A DNA stretch of 63,907 bases, the filler included, from Rhabdomonas costata (lineage: Eukaryota): assembly GCA_019059605.1 (NCBI GenBank). It is 49 parts of 49 records of this genome, joined end to end, with 100 filler letters (N's around TTAATTAATTAA, not from the genome) between each part and the next. Parts side by side here need not be neighbours in the genome. Positions count along the whole stretch, not along the records: positions 62,702 to 63,907 come from JAHMHO010023657.1; 48 more parts are not named here. The stretch is one strand, 5' to 3'. Below are positions 63,621 to 63,907 of this stretch, in pieces. How positions within the stretch are numbered: the stretch's first letter is position 1; each line of letters starts with the position of its first letter. Under the pieces are notes generated by a model, which saw only the letters and a list, made by a program, of their open reading frames with translations, had not been told where the DNA came from and made no database searches. The translations under genes were made by a program, and so were the position numbers.

Positions 63621-63907
63621 AGACACCCCCCCTCCACATCAGTTCGGATGATGCACCTCCCCTTTCAAGATGGAAAGTAATGCAACACACGATCATCATC
63701 ATGCTTTAGTCCCACCTTCCGTTTGATTAGGGTATTGCCTTGGCAGGTGCTTAGGATGCCTAGAAGTGGAAGCACGTACGGGGGGGGGTCCTCGTTGCCA
63801 CTCGTTGACCGGGACATCCGGCCCCATGTTAAACAATACAACCGCTACACGTTCTCGTTGGCGGCCTAATTCCACGTCGCCGTATGTCGTAGATAATGTG
63901 ATAATGT

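Overview
This window is not a contiguous locus. It is 49 unrelated contigs of about 1.2 kb each, joined by an artificial N44-TTAATTAATTAA-N44 spacer. Most contigs begin with a G/T-only run and end with an A/C-only run, which suggests degenerate-primer whole-genome amplification. Most contigs come from an intron-rich, GC-balanced eukaryote with short exons, weak GT donors (GTGCG/GTCTG/GTATC type) and frequent GC-AG introns; this pattern is euglenid-like, but the taxon is an inference. Recognisable gene fragments: GH47 mannosidase, Mut7-C RNase, copine, ankyrins, OTU protease, Cache-domain receptor, GPN3, PCF11, bestrophin, a Cys-loop channel, CCHC zinc knuckle, MAPEG, WD40, ABCB transporter and CPSF1. 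A decayed Ty3/Gypsy RT and other probable TE remnants are also present. Best leads: (1) an 83-nt near-perfect hairpin inside a coding region whose removal restores the reading frame, i.e. a candidate structure-defined nonconventional intron, with further IR-bounded candidates; (2) an intronless, minimal class II-like nucleotidyltransferase; (3) a two-cysteine Cys-loop receptor exon with an in-frame TAG, while every confidently identified gene end here is TGA; (4) an AT-rich LRR contig from a different genome, possibly a giant virus.
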